Assembly: GCF_009914755.1 (NCBI RefSeq)
Contig: NC_060943.1
DNA: 64,000 nt
From: the human T2T-CHM13v2.0 reference genome, Homo sapiens
Reading direction: 5' to 3' (one strand)
The notes under the pieces are model-generated. The model was not told where the DNA came from and did not search any database. It was given only the letters and a program-made list of their open reading frames with translations. This document shows, piece by piece, positions 1 to 13,300 of this stretch; position 1 is the first letter of the stretch; every line of letters starts with the position of its first letter. Both the position numbers and the translations under genes were made by a program.

Positions 1-39
1 TGAAAAGTCTGCAAGTGGATATTCAGACTTCTTTGAGGC

Positions 40-56
40 CTTCGTTGGAAGCGGGA
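40..56 (+). promoter_or_regulatory. CENP-B box (first of about 189, one per 340 bp; about 18 have a mutated core)
   Basis: CTTCGTTGGAAGCGGGA matches the 17-bp box YTTCGTTGGAARCGGGA (core TTCG....A..CGGG). It repeats in every dimer up to about 63950. Confidence 0.95.
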
Positions 57-593
57 TTTCTTCATGTTCTGCTAGACAGAAGAATTCTCAGAAACTTCCT
101 TGTGTTGTGTGTTTTCAACTCACAGAGTTGAACGATCCTTTACACAGAGCAGACTTGAAACACTCCTTTTGTGGAATTTGCAAGTGGAGATTTCAGCCGC
201 TTTGAGGTCAATGGTAGAATAGGAAATATCTTCCTATAGAAACTAGACAGAATGATTCTGAGAAATCCTTTGTGATGTGTGCGTTCAACTCACAGAGTTT
301 AACCTTTCTTTTCATAGAGCAGTTAGGAAACACTCTGTTTGTAAAGTCTGCAAGTGGATATTCAGACCTCCTTGAGGCCTTCGTTGGAAACGGGATTTCT
401 TCATATTATGCTAGACAGAGGAATTCTCAGTAACTTCCTTGTGTTGTGTGTATTCAACTCACAGAGTTGAACGATCCTTTACACAGAGCAGACTTGAAAC
501 ACTCTTTTTGTGGAATTTGCAAGTGGAGATTTCAGCCGCTTTGAGTTCAATGGTAGAATAGGAAATATCTTCCTATAGAAACTACAGAGAATG

Positions 594-762
594 ATTCTCA
601 GAAACTCCTTTGTGATGTGTGCGTTCAACTCACAGAGTTCAACCTTTCTTTTCATAGAGCAGTTGGGAAACACTCTGTTTGTAAAGTCTGCAAGTGGATA
701 TTCAGACTTCTTTGAGGCCTTCGTTGGAAGCGGGATTTCTTCATATTCTGCTAGACAGAAGA
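594..762 (+). repeat. Representative B-type monomer (169 bp, carries the CENP-B box)
   Basis: Runs from ATTCTCAGAAACTCC at 594 to the next ATTCTCAG at 763. Contains CTTCGTTGGAAGCGGGA at 719-735. Confidence 0.9.
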
Positions 763-933
763 ATTCTCAGTAACTTCCTTGTGTTGTGTGTATTCAACTC
801 ACAGAGTTGAACGATCCTTTACACAGAGCAGACTTGAAACACTCTTTTTGTGGAATTTGCAAGTGGAGATTTCAGCTGCTTTGAGGTCAATGGTAGAATA
901 GGAAATATCTTCCTATAGAAACTAGACAGAATG
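763..933 (+). repeat. Representative A-type monomer (171 bp, pJalpha-type box in place of the CENP-B box)
   Basis: Runs from ATTCTCAGTAACTT at 763 to the next ATTCTCAG at 934. Carries CAATGGTAGAATAGGAA at the position equivalent to the CENP-B box. Confidence 0.88.
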
Positions 934-1379
934 ATTCTCAGAAACTCCTTTGTGATGTGTGCGTTCAACTCACAGAGTTCAACCTTTCTTTTCATAGAGC
1001 AGTTAGGAAACACTCTGTTTGTAAAGTCTGCAAGTGGATATTCAGACTTCTTTGAGGCCTTCGTTGGAAGCGGGATTTCTTCATGTTCTGCTAGACAGAA
1101 GAATTCTCAGAAACTTCCTTGTGTTGTGTGTTTTCAACTCACAGAGTTGAACGATCCTTTACACAGAGCAGACTTGAAACACTCCTTTTGTGGAATTTGC
1201 AAGTGGAGATTTCAGCCGCTTTGAGGTCAATGGTAGAATAGGAAATATCTTCCTATAGAAAGTAGACAGAATGATTCTCAGAAACTCCTTTGTGATGTGT
1301 GCGTTCAACTCACAGAGTTTAACCTTTCTTTTCATAGAGCAGTTAGGAAACACTCTGTTTGTAAAGTCTGCAAGTGGAT

Positions 1380-4300
1380 ATTCAGACTTCCTTGAGGCCT
1401 TCGTTGGAAACAGGATTTCTTCATATTCTGCTAGACAGAAGAATTCTCAGTAACTTCCTTGTGTTGTGTGTATTCAACTCACAGAGTTGAACGATCCTTT
1501 ACACAGAGCAGACTTGAAACACTCTTTTTGTGGAATTTGCAAGTGGAGATTTCAGCCGCTTTGAGTTCAATGGTAGAATAGGAAATATCTTCCTATAGAA
1601 ACTAGACAGAATGATTCTCAGAAACTCCTTTGTGATGTGTGCGTTCAACTCACAGAGTTCAACCTTTCTTTTCATAGAGCAGTTGGGAAACACTCTGTTT
1701 GTAAAGTCTGCAAGTGGATATTCAGACTTCTTTGAGGCCTTCGTTGGAAGCGGGATTTCTTCATATTCTGCTAGACAGAAGAATTCTCAGTAACTGCCTT
1801 GTGTTGTGTGTATTCAACTCACAGAGTTGAACGATCCTTTACACAGAGCAGACTTGAAACACTCTTTTTGTGGAACTTGCAAGTGGAGATTTCAGCCGCT
1901 TTGAGGTCAATGGTAGAATAGGAAATATCTTAATATAGAAACTAGACAGAATGATTCTCAGAAACTCCTTTGTGATGTGTGCGTTCAACTCACAGAGTTT
2001 AACCTTTCTTTTCATAGAGCAGTTAGGAAACACTCTGTTTGTAAAGTCTGCAAGTGGATATTCAGACATCCTTGAGGCTTTCGTTGGAAACGGGATTTCT
2101 TCATATTCTGCTAGAAAGAAGAATTCTCAGTAACTTCCTTGTGTTGTGTGTATTCAACTCACAGAGTTGAACGATCCTTTACACAGCGCAGACTTGAAAC
2201 ACTCTTTTTATGGAATTTGCAAATGGAGATTTCAGCCGCTTTGAGGTCAATGGTAGAATAGGAAATATCTTCCTATAGAAACTAGACAGAATGATTCTCA
2301 GAAACTCCTTTGTGATGTGTGCGTTCAACTCACAGAGTTTAACCTTTCTTTTCATAGAGCAGTTAGGAAACACTCTGTTTGTAAAGTCTGCAAGTGGATA
2401 TTCAGACATCTTTGAGGCCTTCGTTGGAAACGGGATTTCTTCATGTTCTGCTAGACAGAAGAATTCTCAGAAACTTCCTTGTGTTTTGTGTTTTCAACTC
2501 ACAGAGTTGAACGATGCTTTACACAGAGTAGACTTGAAACACTCTTTTTGTGTAATCTGCAAGTGGAGATTTCAGCCGCTTTGAGGTCAATGGTAGAAAA
2601 GGAAATATCTTCGTATAAAAACTAGACAGAATGATTCTCAGAAACTCCTTTGTGATGTGTGCGTTCAACTCACAGAGTTTAACCTTTCTTTTCATAGAGC
2701 AGTTAGGAAACACTCTGTTTGTAAAGTCTGCAAGTGGATATTCAGACCTCCTTGAGGCCTTCGTTGGAAACGGGATTTCTTCATATTTTGCTAGACAGAA
2801 GAATTCTCAGTAACTTCCTTGTGTTGTGTGTATTCAACTCACAGAGTTGAACGATCCTTTACACAGAGCAGACTTGAATCACTCTTTTTGTGGAATTTGC
2901 AAGTGGAGATTTCAGCCGCTTTGAGTTCAATTGTAGAATAGGAAATATCTTCCTATAGAAACTACACAGAATGATTCTCAGAAACTCCTTTGTGATGTGT
3001 GCGTTCAACTCACAGAGTTCAACCTTTCTTTTCATAGAGCAGTTGGGAAACACTCTGTTTGTAAAGTCTGCAAGTGGATATTCAGACTTCTTTGAGGCCT
3101 TCGTTGGAAGCGGGATTTCTTCATATTCTGCTAGACAGAAGAATTCTCAGTAACTTCCTTGTGTTTTGTGTATTCAACTCACAGAGTTGAAAGATCCTTT
3201 ACACAGAGCAGACTTGAAACACTCTTTTTGTGGAATTTGCAAGTGGAGATTTCAGCCGCTTTGAGGTCAATGGTAGAATAGGAAATATCTTCCTATAGAA
3301 ACTAGACAGAATGATTCTCAGAAACTCCTTTGTGATGTGTGCGTTCAACTCACAGAGTTTAACCTTTCTTTTCATAGAGCAGTTAGGAAACACTCTGTTT
3401 GTAAAGTCTGCAAGTGGATATTCAGATATCCTTGAGGCTTTCGTTGGAAACGGGATTTCTTCATATTCTGCTAGAAAGAAGAATTCTCAGTAACTTCCTT
3501 GTGTTGTGTGTATTCAACTCACAGAGTTGAACGATCCTTTACACAGAGCAGACTTGAAACACTCTTTTTGTGGAATTTGCAAGTGGAGATTTCAGCCGAT
3601 TTGAGGTCAATGGTAGAATAGGAAATATCTTCCTATAGAAACTAGACAGAATGATTCTCAGAAACTCCTTTGTGATGTGTGCGTTCAACTCACAGAGTTT
3701 AACCTTTCTTTTCATAGAGCAGTTAGGAAACACTCTGTTTGTAAAGTCTGCAAGTGGATATTCAGACCTCCTTGAGGCCTTCGTTGGAAACGGGATTTCT
3801 TCATATTCTGCTAGACAGAAGAATTCTCAGTAACTTCCTTGTGTTGTGTGTATTCAACTCACAGAGTTGAACGATCCTTTACACAGAGCAGACTTGAAAC
3901 ACTCTTTTTGTGGAATTTGCAAGTGGAGATTTCAGCCGCTTTGAGGTCAATGGTAGAATAGGAAATATCTTCCTATAGAAACTAGACAGAATGATTCTGA
4001 GAAACTCCTTTGTGATGTGTGCGTTCAACTCACACAGTTTAACCTTTCTTATCATAGAGCAGTTAGGAAACACTCTGTTTGTAAAGTCTGCAAGTGGATA
4101 TTCAGACCTCCTTGAGGCCTTCGTTGGAAACGGGATTTCTTCATATTATGCTAGACATAAGAATTCTCAGTAACTTCCTTGTGTTGTGTGTATTCAACTC
4201 ACAGAGTTGAACGATCCTTTACACAGAGCAGACTTGAAACACTCTTTTTGTGGAATTTGCAAGTGGAGATTTCAGCCGCTTTGAGTTCAATGGTAGAATA

Positions 4301-7300
4301 GGAAATATCTTCCTATAGAAACTAGACAGAATGATTCTCAGAAACTCCTTTGTGATGTGTGCGTTCAACTCACAGAGTTCAACCTTTCTTTTCATAGAGC
4401 AGTTGGGAAACACTCTGTTTGTAAAGTCTGCAAGTGGATATTCAGACATCTTTGAGGCCTTCGTTGGAAGCGGGATTTCTTCATGTTCTGCTAGACAGAA
4501 GAATTCTCAGAAACTTCCTTGTGTTGTGTGTTTTCAACTCACAGAGTTGAACGATCCTTTACACAGAGCAGACTTGAAACACTCCTTTTGTGGAATTTGC
4601 AAGTGGAGATTTCATCCGCTTTGAGGTCAATGGTAGAATAGGAAATATCTTCCTATAGAAAGTAGACAGAATGATTCTCAGAAACTCCTTTGTGATGTGT
4701 GCGTTCAACTCACAGAGTTTAACCTTTCTTTTCATAGAGCAGTTAGGAAACACTCTGTTTGTAAAGTCTGCAAGTGGATATTCAGACCTCCTTGAGGCCT
4801 TCGTTGGAAACGGGATTTCTTCATATTCTGCTAGACAGAAGAATTCTCAGTAACTTCCTTGTGTTGTGTGTATTCAACTCACAGAGTTGAACGATCCTTT
4901 ACACAGAGCAGACTTGAAACACTCTTTTTGTGGAATTTGCAAGTGGAGATTTCAGCCGCTTTGAGTTCAATGGTAGAATAGGAAATATCTTCCTATAGAA
5001 ACTAGACAGAATGATTCTCAGAAACTCCTTTGTGATGTGTGCGTTCAACTCACAGAGTTCAACCTTTCTTTTCATAGAGCAGTTGGGAAACACTCTGTTT
5101 GTAAAGTCTGCAAGTGGTTATTCAGACTTCTTTGAGGCCTTCGTTGGAAGCGGGATTTCTTCATATTCTGCTAGACAGAAGAATTCTCAGTAACTGCCTT
5201 GTGTTGTGTGTATTCAACTCACAGAGTTGAACGATCCTTTACACAGAGCAGACTTGAAACACTCTTTTTGTGGAATTTGCAAGTGGAGATTTCAGCCGCT
5301 TTGAGGTCAATGGTAGAATAGGAAATATCTTCCTATAAAAACTAGACAGAATGATTCTCAGAAACTCCTTCGTGATGTGTGCGTTCAACTCACAGAGTTT
5401 AACCTTTCTTTTCATAGAGCAGTTAGGAAACACTCTGTTTGTAAAGTCTGCAAGTGGATATTCAGACATCTTTGAGGCCTTCGTTGGAAACGGGATTTCT
5501 TCATGTTCTGCTAGACAAAAGAATTCTCAGAAACTTCCTTGTGTTGTGTGTTTTCAACTCACAGAGTTGAACGATGCTTTACACAGAGTAGACTTGAAAC
5601 ACTCTTTTTGTGTAATTTGCAAGTGGAGATTTCAGCCGCTTTGAGGTCAATGGTAGAAAAGGAAATATCTTCGTATAAAAACTAGACAGAATGATTCTCA
5701 GAAACTCCTTTGTGATGTGTCCGTTCAACTCACACAGTTTAACCTTTCTTTTCATAGAGCAGTTAGGAAACACTCTGTTTGTAAAGTCTGCAAGTGGATA
5801 TTCAGACCTCCTTGAGGCCTTCGTTGGAAACGGGATTTCTTCATATTATGCTAGACAGAAGAATTCTCAGTAACTTCCTTGTGTTGTGTGTATTCAACTC
5901 ACAGAGTTGAACGATCCTTTACACAGAGCAGACTTGAAACACTCTTTTTGTGGAATTTGCAAGTGGAGATTTCAGCCGCTTTGAGGTCAATGGTAGAATA
6001 GGAAATATCTTCATATAGAAATTAGACAGAATGATTCTCAGAAACTCCTTTGTGATGTGTGCGTTCAACTCACACAGTTTAACCTTTCTTTTCATAGAGC
6101 AGTTAGGAAACACTCTGTTTGTAAAGTCTGCAGGTGGATATTCAGACCTCCTTGAGGCATTCGTTGGAAACGGGATTTCTTCATATTATGCTAGACAGAA
6201 GAATTCTCAGTAACTTCCTTGTGTTGTGTGTATTCAACTCACAGAGTTGAACGATCCTTTACACAGAGCAGACTTGAAACACTCTTTTTGTGGAATTTGC
6301 AAGTGGAGATTTCAGCCGCTTTGAGTTCAATGGTAGAATAGGAAATATCTTCCTATAGAAACTAGACAGAATGATTCTCAGAAACTCCTTTGTGATGTGT
6401 GCGTTCAACTCACAGAGTTCAACCTTTCTTTTCATAGAGCAGTTGGGAAACACTCTGTTTGTAAAGTCTGCAAGTGGATATTCAGACTTCTTTGAGGCCT
6501 TCGTTGGAAGCGGGATTTCTTCATGTTCTGCTAGACAGAAGAATTCTCAGTAACTGCCTTGTGTTGTGTGTATTCAACTCACAGAGTTGAACGATCCTTT
6601 ACACAGAGCAGACTTGAAACACTCCTTTTGTGGAATTTGCAAGTGGAGATATCAGCCGCTTTGAGGTCAATGGTAGAATAGGAAATATCTTCCTATAGAA
6701 ACTAGACAGAATGATTCTCAGAAACTCCTTTGTGATGTGTGCGTTCAACTCACACAGTTTAACCTTTCTTTTCATAGAGCAGTTAGGAAACACTGTGTTT
6801 GTAAAGTCTGCAAGTGGATATTCAGACATCCTTGAGGCTTTCGTTGGAAACGGGATTTCTTCATATTCTGCTAGAAAGAAGAATTCTCAGTAACTTCCTT
6901 GTGTTGTGTGTATTCAACTCACAGAGTTGAACGATCCTTTACACAGAGCAGACTTGAAACACTCTTTTTGTGGAATTTGCAAGTGGAGATTTCAGCCGCT
7001 TTGAGTTCAATGGTAGAATAGGAAATATCTTCCTATAGAAACTAGACAGAATGATTCTCAGAAACTCCTTTGTGATGTGTGCGTTCAACTCACAGAGTTC
7101 AACCTTTCTTTTAATAGAGCAGTTGGGAAACACTCTGTATGTAAAGTCTGCAAGTGGATATTCAGACTTCTTTGAGGCCTTCGTTGGAAGCGGGATTTCT
7201 TCATATTCTGCTAGACAGAAGAATTCTCAGTAACTTCCTTGTGTTGTGTGTATTCAACTCACATAGTTGAACGATCCTTTACACAGAGCAGACTTGAAAC

Positions 7301-10300
7301 ACTCTTTTTGTGGAATTTGCACGTGGAGATTTCAGCCGCTTTGAGGTCAATGGTAGAATAGGAAATATCTTCCTATAGAAACTAGACAGAATGATTCTCA
7401 GAAACTCCTTTGTGATGTGTGCGTTCAACTCACAGAGTTTAACCTTTCTTTTCATAGAGCAGTTAGGAAACACTCTGTTTGTAAAGTCTGCAAGTGGATA
7501 TTCAGACATCCTTGAGGCTTTCGTTGGAAACGGGATTTCTTCATATTCTGCTAGAAAGAAGAATTCTCAGTAACTTCCTTGTGTTGTGTGTATTCAACTC
7601 ACAGAGTTGAACGATCCTTTATACAGAGCAGACTTGAAACACTGTTTTTGTGGAATTTGCAAGTGGAGATTTCAGCCGCTTTGAGGTCAATGGTAGAATA
7701 GGAAATATCTTCCTATAGAAACTAGACAGAATGATTCTCAGAAACTCCTTTGTGATGTGTGCGTTCAACTCACAGAGTTTAACCTTTCTTTTCAAAGAGC
7801 AGTTGGGAAACACTCTGTTTGTAAAATCTGCAAGTGGATATTCAGACATCCTTGAGGCTTTCGTTGGAAACGGGATTTCTTCATATTCTGCTAGAAAGAA
7901 GAATTCTCAGTAACTTCCTTGTGTTGTGTGTATTCAACTCACAGAGTTGAACGATCCTTTACACAGAGCAGACTTGAAACACTCTTTTTGTGGAATTTGC
8001 AAGTGGAGATTTCAGCCGCTTTGAGGTCAATGGTAGAATAGGAAATATCTTCCTATAGAAACTAGACAGAATGATTCTCAGAAACTCCTTTGTGATGTGT
8101 GCGTTCAACTCACACAGTTTAACCTTTCTTTTCATAGAGCAGTTAGGAAACACTCTGTTTGTAAAGTCTGCAAGTGGATATTCAGACCTCCTTGAGGCCT
8201 TCGTTGGAAACGGGATTTCTTCATATTATGCTAGACAGAAGAATTCTCAGTAACTTCCTTGTGTTGTGTGTATTCAACTCACAGAGTTGAACGATCCTTT
8301 ACACAGAGCAGACTTGAAACACTCTTTTTGTGGAATTTGCAAGTGGAGATTTCAGCCGCTTTGAGTTCAATGGTAGAATAGGAAATATCTTCCTATAGAA
8401 ACTAGACAGAATGATTCTCAGAAACTCCTTTGTGATGTGTGCGTTCAACTCACAGAGTTCAACCTTTCTTTTCATAGAGCAGTTGGGAAACACTCTGTTT
8501 GTAAAGTCTGCAAGTGGATATTCAGACTTCTTTGAGGCCTTCGTTGGAAGCGGGATTTCTTCATGTTCTGCTAGACAGAAGAATTCTCAGAAACTTCCTT
8601 GTGTTGTGTGTTTTCAACTCACAGAGTTGAACGATCCTTTACACAGAGCAGACTTGAAACACTCCTTTTGTGGAATTTGCAAGTGGAGATTTCATCCGCT
8701 TTGAGGTCAATGGTAGAATAGGAAATATCTTCCTATAGAAAGTAGACAGAATGATTCTCAGAAACTCCTTTGTGATGTGTGCGTTCAACTCACACAGTTT
8801 AACCTTTCTTTTCATAGAGCAGTTAGGAAACACTCTGTTTGTAAAGTCTGCAAGTGGATATTCAGACCTCCTTGAGGCCTTCGTTGGAAACGGGATTTCT
8901 TCATATTCTGCTAGAAAGAAGAATTCTCAGTAACTTCCTTGTGTTGTGTGTATTCAACTCACAGAGTTGAACGATCCTTTACACAGAGCAGACTTGAAAC
9001 ACTCTTTTTGTGGAATTTGCAAGTGGAGATTTCAGCCGCTTTGAGGTCAATGGTAGAATAGGAAATATCTTCCTATAGAAACTAGACAGAATGATTCTCA
9101 GAAACTCCTTTGTGATGTGTGCGTTCAACTCACAGAGTTTAACCTTTCTTTTCATAGAGCAGTTAGGAAACACTCTGTTTGTAAAGTCTGCAAGTGGATA
9201 TTCAGACATCTTTGAGGCCTTCGTTGGAAATGGGATTTCTTCATGTTCTGCTAGACAGAAGAATTCTCAGAAACTTCCTTGTGTTGTGTGTTTTCAACTC
9301 ACAGAGTTGAACGATGCTTTACACAGAGTAGACTTGAAACACTCTTTTTGTGTAATTTGCAAGTGGAGATTTCAGCCGCTTTGAGGTCAATGGTAGAAAA
9401 GGAAATATCTTCGTATAAAAACTAGACAGAATGATTCTCAGAAACTCCTTTGTGATGTGTGCGTTCAACTCACAGAGTTTAACCTTTCTTTTCATAGAGC
9501 AGTTAGGAAACACTCTGTTTGTAAAGTCTGCAAGTGGATATTCAGACTTCCTTGAGGCCTTCGTTGGAAACAGGTTTTCTTCATATTCTGCTAGACAGAA
9601 GAATTCTCAGTAACTTCCTTGTGTTGTGTGTATTCAACTCACAGAGTTGAACGATCCTTTACACAGAGCAGACTTGAAACACTCTTTTTGTGGAATTTGC
9701 AAGTGGAGATTTCAGCCGCTTTGAGGTAAATGGTAGAATAGGAAATATCTTCATATAGAAACTAGACAGAATGATTCTCAGAAACTCCTTTGTGATGTGT
9801 GCGTTCAACTCACAGAGTTCAACCTTTCTTTTCATAGAGCAGTTGGGAAACACTCTGTTTGTAAAGTCTGCAAGTGGATATTCAGACTTCTTTGAGGCCT
9901 TCGTTGGAAGCGGGATTTCTTCATATTCTGCTAGACAGAAGAATTCTCAGTAACTGCCTTGTGTTGTGTGTATTCAACTCACAGAGTTGAACGATCCTTT
10001 ACACAGAGCAGACTTGAAACACTCTTTTTGTGGAACTTGCAAGTGGAGATTTCAGCCGCTTTGAGGTCAATGGTAGAATAGGAAATATCTTAATATAGAA
10101 ACTAGATAGAATGATTCTCAGAAACTCCTTTGTGATGTGTGCGTTCAACTCACAGAGTTTAACCTTTCTTTTCATAGAGCAGTTAGGAAACACTCTGTTT
10201 GTAAAGTCTGCAAGTGGATATTCAGACATCCTTGAGGCTTTCGTTGGAAACGGGATTTCTTCATATTCTGCTAGAAAGAAGAATTCTCAGTAACTTCCTT

Positions 10301-13300
10301 GTGTTGTGTGTATTCAACTCACAGAGTTGAACGATCCTTTACACAGAGCAGACTTGAAACACTCTTTTTGTGGAATTTGCAAATGGAGATTTCAGCCGCT
10401 TTGAGGTCAATGGTAGAATAGGAAATATCTTCCTATAGAAACTAGACAGAATGATTCTCAGAAACTCCTTTGTGATGTGTGCGTTCAACTCACAGAGTTT
10501 AACCTTTCTTTTCATAGAGCAGTTAGGAAACACTCTGTTTGTAAAGTCTGCAAGTGGATATTCAGACATCTTTGAGGCCTTCGTTGGAAACGGGATTTCT
10601 TCATGTTCTGCTAGACAGAAGAATTCTCAGAAACTTCCTTGTGTTTTGTGTTTTCAACTCACAGAGTTGAACGATGGTTTACACAGAGTAGACTTGAAAC
10701 ACTCTTTTTGTGTAATTTGCAAGTGGAGATTTCAGCCGCTTTGAGGTCAATGGTAGAAAAGGAAATATCTTCGTATAAAAACTAGACAGAATGATTCTCA
10801 GAAACTCCTTTGTGATGTGTGCGTTCAACTCACAGAGTTTAACCTTTCTTTTCATAGAGCAGTTAGGAAACACTCTGTAAAGTCTGCAAGTGGATATTCA
10901 GACCTCCTTGAGGCCTTCGTTGGAAACGGGATTTCTTCATATTTTGCTAGACAGAAGAATTCTCAGTAACTTCCTTGTGTTGTGTGTATTCAACTCACAG
11001 AGTTGAACGATCCTTTACACAGAGCAGACTTGAATCACTCTTTTTGTGGAATTTGCAAGTGGAGATTTCAGCCGCTTTGAGTTCAATGGTAGAATAGGAA
11101 ATATCTTCCTATAGAAACTACACAGAATGATTCTCAGAAACTCCTTTGTGATGTGTGCGTTCAACTCACAGAGTTCAACCTTTCTTTTCATAGAGCAGTT
11201 GGGAAACACTCTGTTTGAAAAGTCTGCAAGTGGATATTCAGACTTCTTTGAGGCCTTCATTGGAAGCGGGATTTCTTCATATTCTGCTAGACAGAAGAAT
11301 TCTCAGTAACTTCCTTGTGTTGTGTGTATTCAACTCACAGAGTTGAAAGATCCTTTACACAGAGCAGACTTGAAACACTCTTTTTGTGGAATTTGCAAGT
11401 GGAGATTTCAGCCGCTTTGAGGTCAATGGTAGAATAGGAAATATCTTCCTATAGAAACTAGACAGAATGATTCTCAGAAACTCCTTTGTGATGTGTGCGT
11501 TCAACTCACAGAGTTTAACCTTTCTTTTCATAGAGCAGTTAGGAAACACTCTGTTTGTAAAGTCTGCAAGTGGATATTCAGATATCCTTGAGGCTTTCGT
11601 TGGAAACGGGATTTCTTCATATTCTGCTAGAAAGAAGAATTCTCAGTAACTTCCTTGTGTTGTGTGTATTCAACTCACAGAGTTGAACGATCCTTTACAC
11701 AGAGCAGACTTGAAACACTCGTTTTGTGGAATTTGCAAGTGGAGATTTCAGCCGATTTGAGGTCAATGGTAGAATAGGAAATATCTTCCTATAGAAACTA
11801 GACAGAATGATTCTCAGAAACTCCTTTGTGATGTGTGCGTTCAACTCACAGAGTTTAACCTTTCTTTTCATAGAGCAGTTAGGAAACACTCTGTTTGTAA
11901 AGTCTGCAAGTGGATATTCAGACCTCCTTAAGGCCTTCGTTGGAAACGGGATTTCTTCATATTATGCTAGACAGAAGAATTCTCAGTAACTTCCTTGTGT
12001 TGTGTGTATTCAACTCACAGAGTTGAACGATCCTTTACACAGAGCAGACTTGAAACACTCTTTTTGTGGAATTTGCAAGTGGAGATTTCAGCCGCTTTGA
12101 GGTCAATGGTAGAATAGGAAATATCTTCCTATAGAAACTAGACAGAATGATTCTGAGAAACTCCTTTGTGATGTGTGCGTTCAACTCACACAGTTTAACC
12201 TTTCTTATCATAGAGCAGTTAGGAAACACTCTGTTTGTAAAGTCTGCAAGTGGATATTCAGACCTCCTTGAGGCCTTCGTTGGAAACGGGATTTCTTCAT
12301 ATTATGCTAGACATAAGAATTCTCAGTAACTTCCTTGTGTTGTGTGTATTCAACTAACAGAGTTGAACGATCCTTTACACAGAGCAGACTTGAAACACTC
12401 TTTTTGTGGAATTTGCAAGTGGAGATTTCAGCCGCTTTGAGTTCAATGGTAGAATAGGAAATATCTTCCTATAGAAACTAGACAGAATGATTCTCAGAAA
12501 CTCCTTTGTGATGTGTGCGTTCAACTCACAGAGTTCAACCTTTCTTTTCATAGAGCAGTTGGGAAACACTCTGTTTGTAAAGTCTGCAAGTGGATATTCA
12601 GACTTCTTTGAGGCCTTCGTTGGAAGCGGGATTTCTTCATGTTCTGCTAGACAGAAGAATTCTCAGAAACTTCCTTGTGTTGTGTGTTTTCAACTCACAG
12701 AGTTGAACGATCCTTTACACAGAGCAGACTTGAAACACTTCTTTTGTGGAATTTGCAAGTGGAGATTTCATCCGCTTTGAGGTCAATGGTAGAATAGGAA
12801 ATATCTTCCTATAGAAAGTAGACAGAATGATTCTCAGAAACTCCTTTGTGATGTGTGCGTTCAACTCACAGAGTTTAACCTTTCTTTTCATAGAGCAGTT
12901 AGGAAACACTCTGTTTGTAAAGTCTGCAAGTGGATATTCAGACCTCCTTGAGGCCTTCGTTGGAAACGGGATTTCTTCATATTCTGCTAGACAGAAGAAT
13001 TCTCAGTAACTTCCTTGTGTTGTGTGTATTCAACTCACAGAGTTGAACGATCCTTTACACAGAGCAGACTTGAAACACTCTTTTTGTGGAATTTGCAAGT
13101 GGAGATTTCAGCCGCTTTGAGTTCAATTGTAGAATAGGAAATATCTTCCTATAGAAACTAGACAGAATGATTCTCAGAAACTCCTTTGTGATGTGTGCGT
13201 TCAACTCACAGAGTTCAACCTTTCTTTTCATAGAGCAGTTGGGAAACACTCTGTTTGTAAAGTCTGCAAGTGCTTATTCAGACTTCTTTGAGGCCTTCGT

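Noticed and set aside
595-603. TTCTCAGAA / TTCTGAGAA matches the STAT GAS motif, and the two variants are reverse complements
   Set aside because: This short motif is intrinsic to alpha satellite. A central C>G cannot be distinguished from a micro-inversion, and nothing in the sequence supports function.
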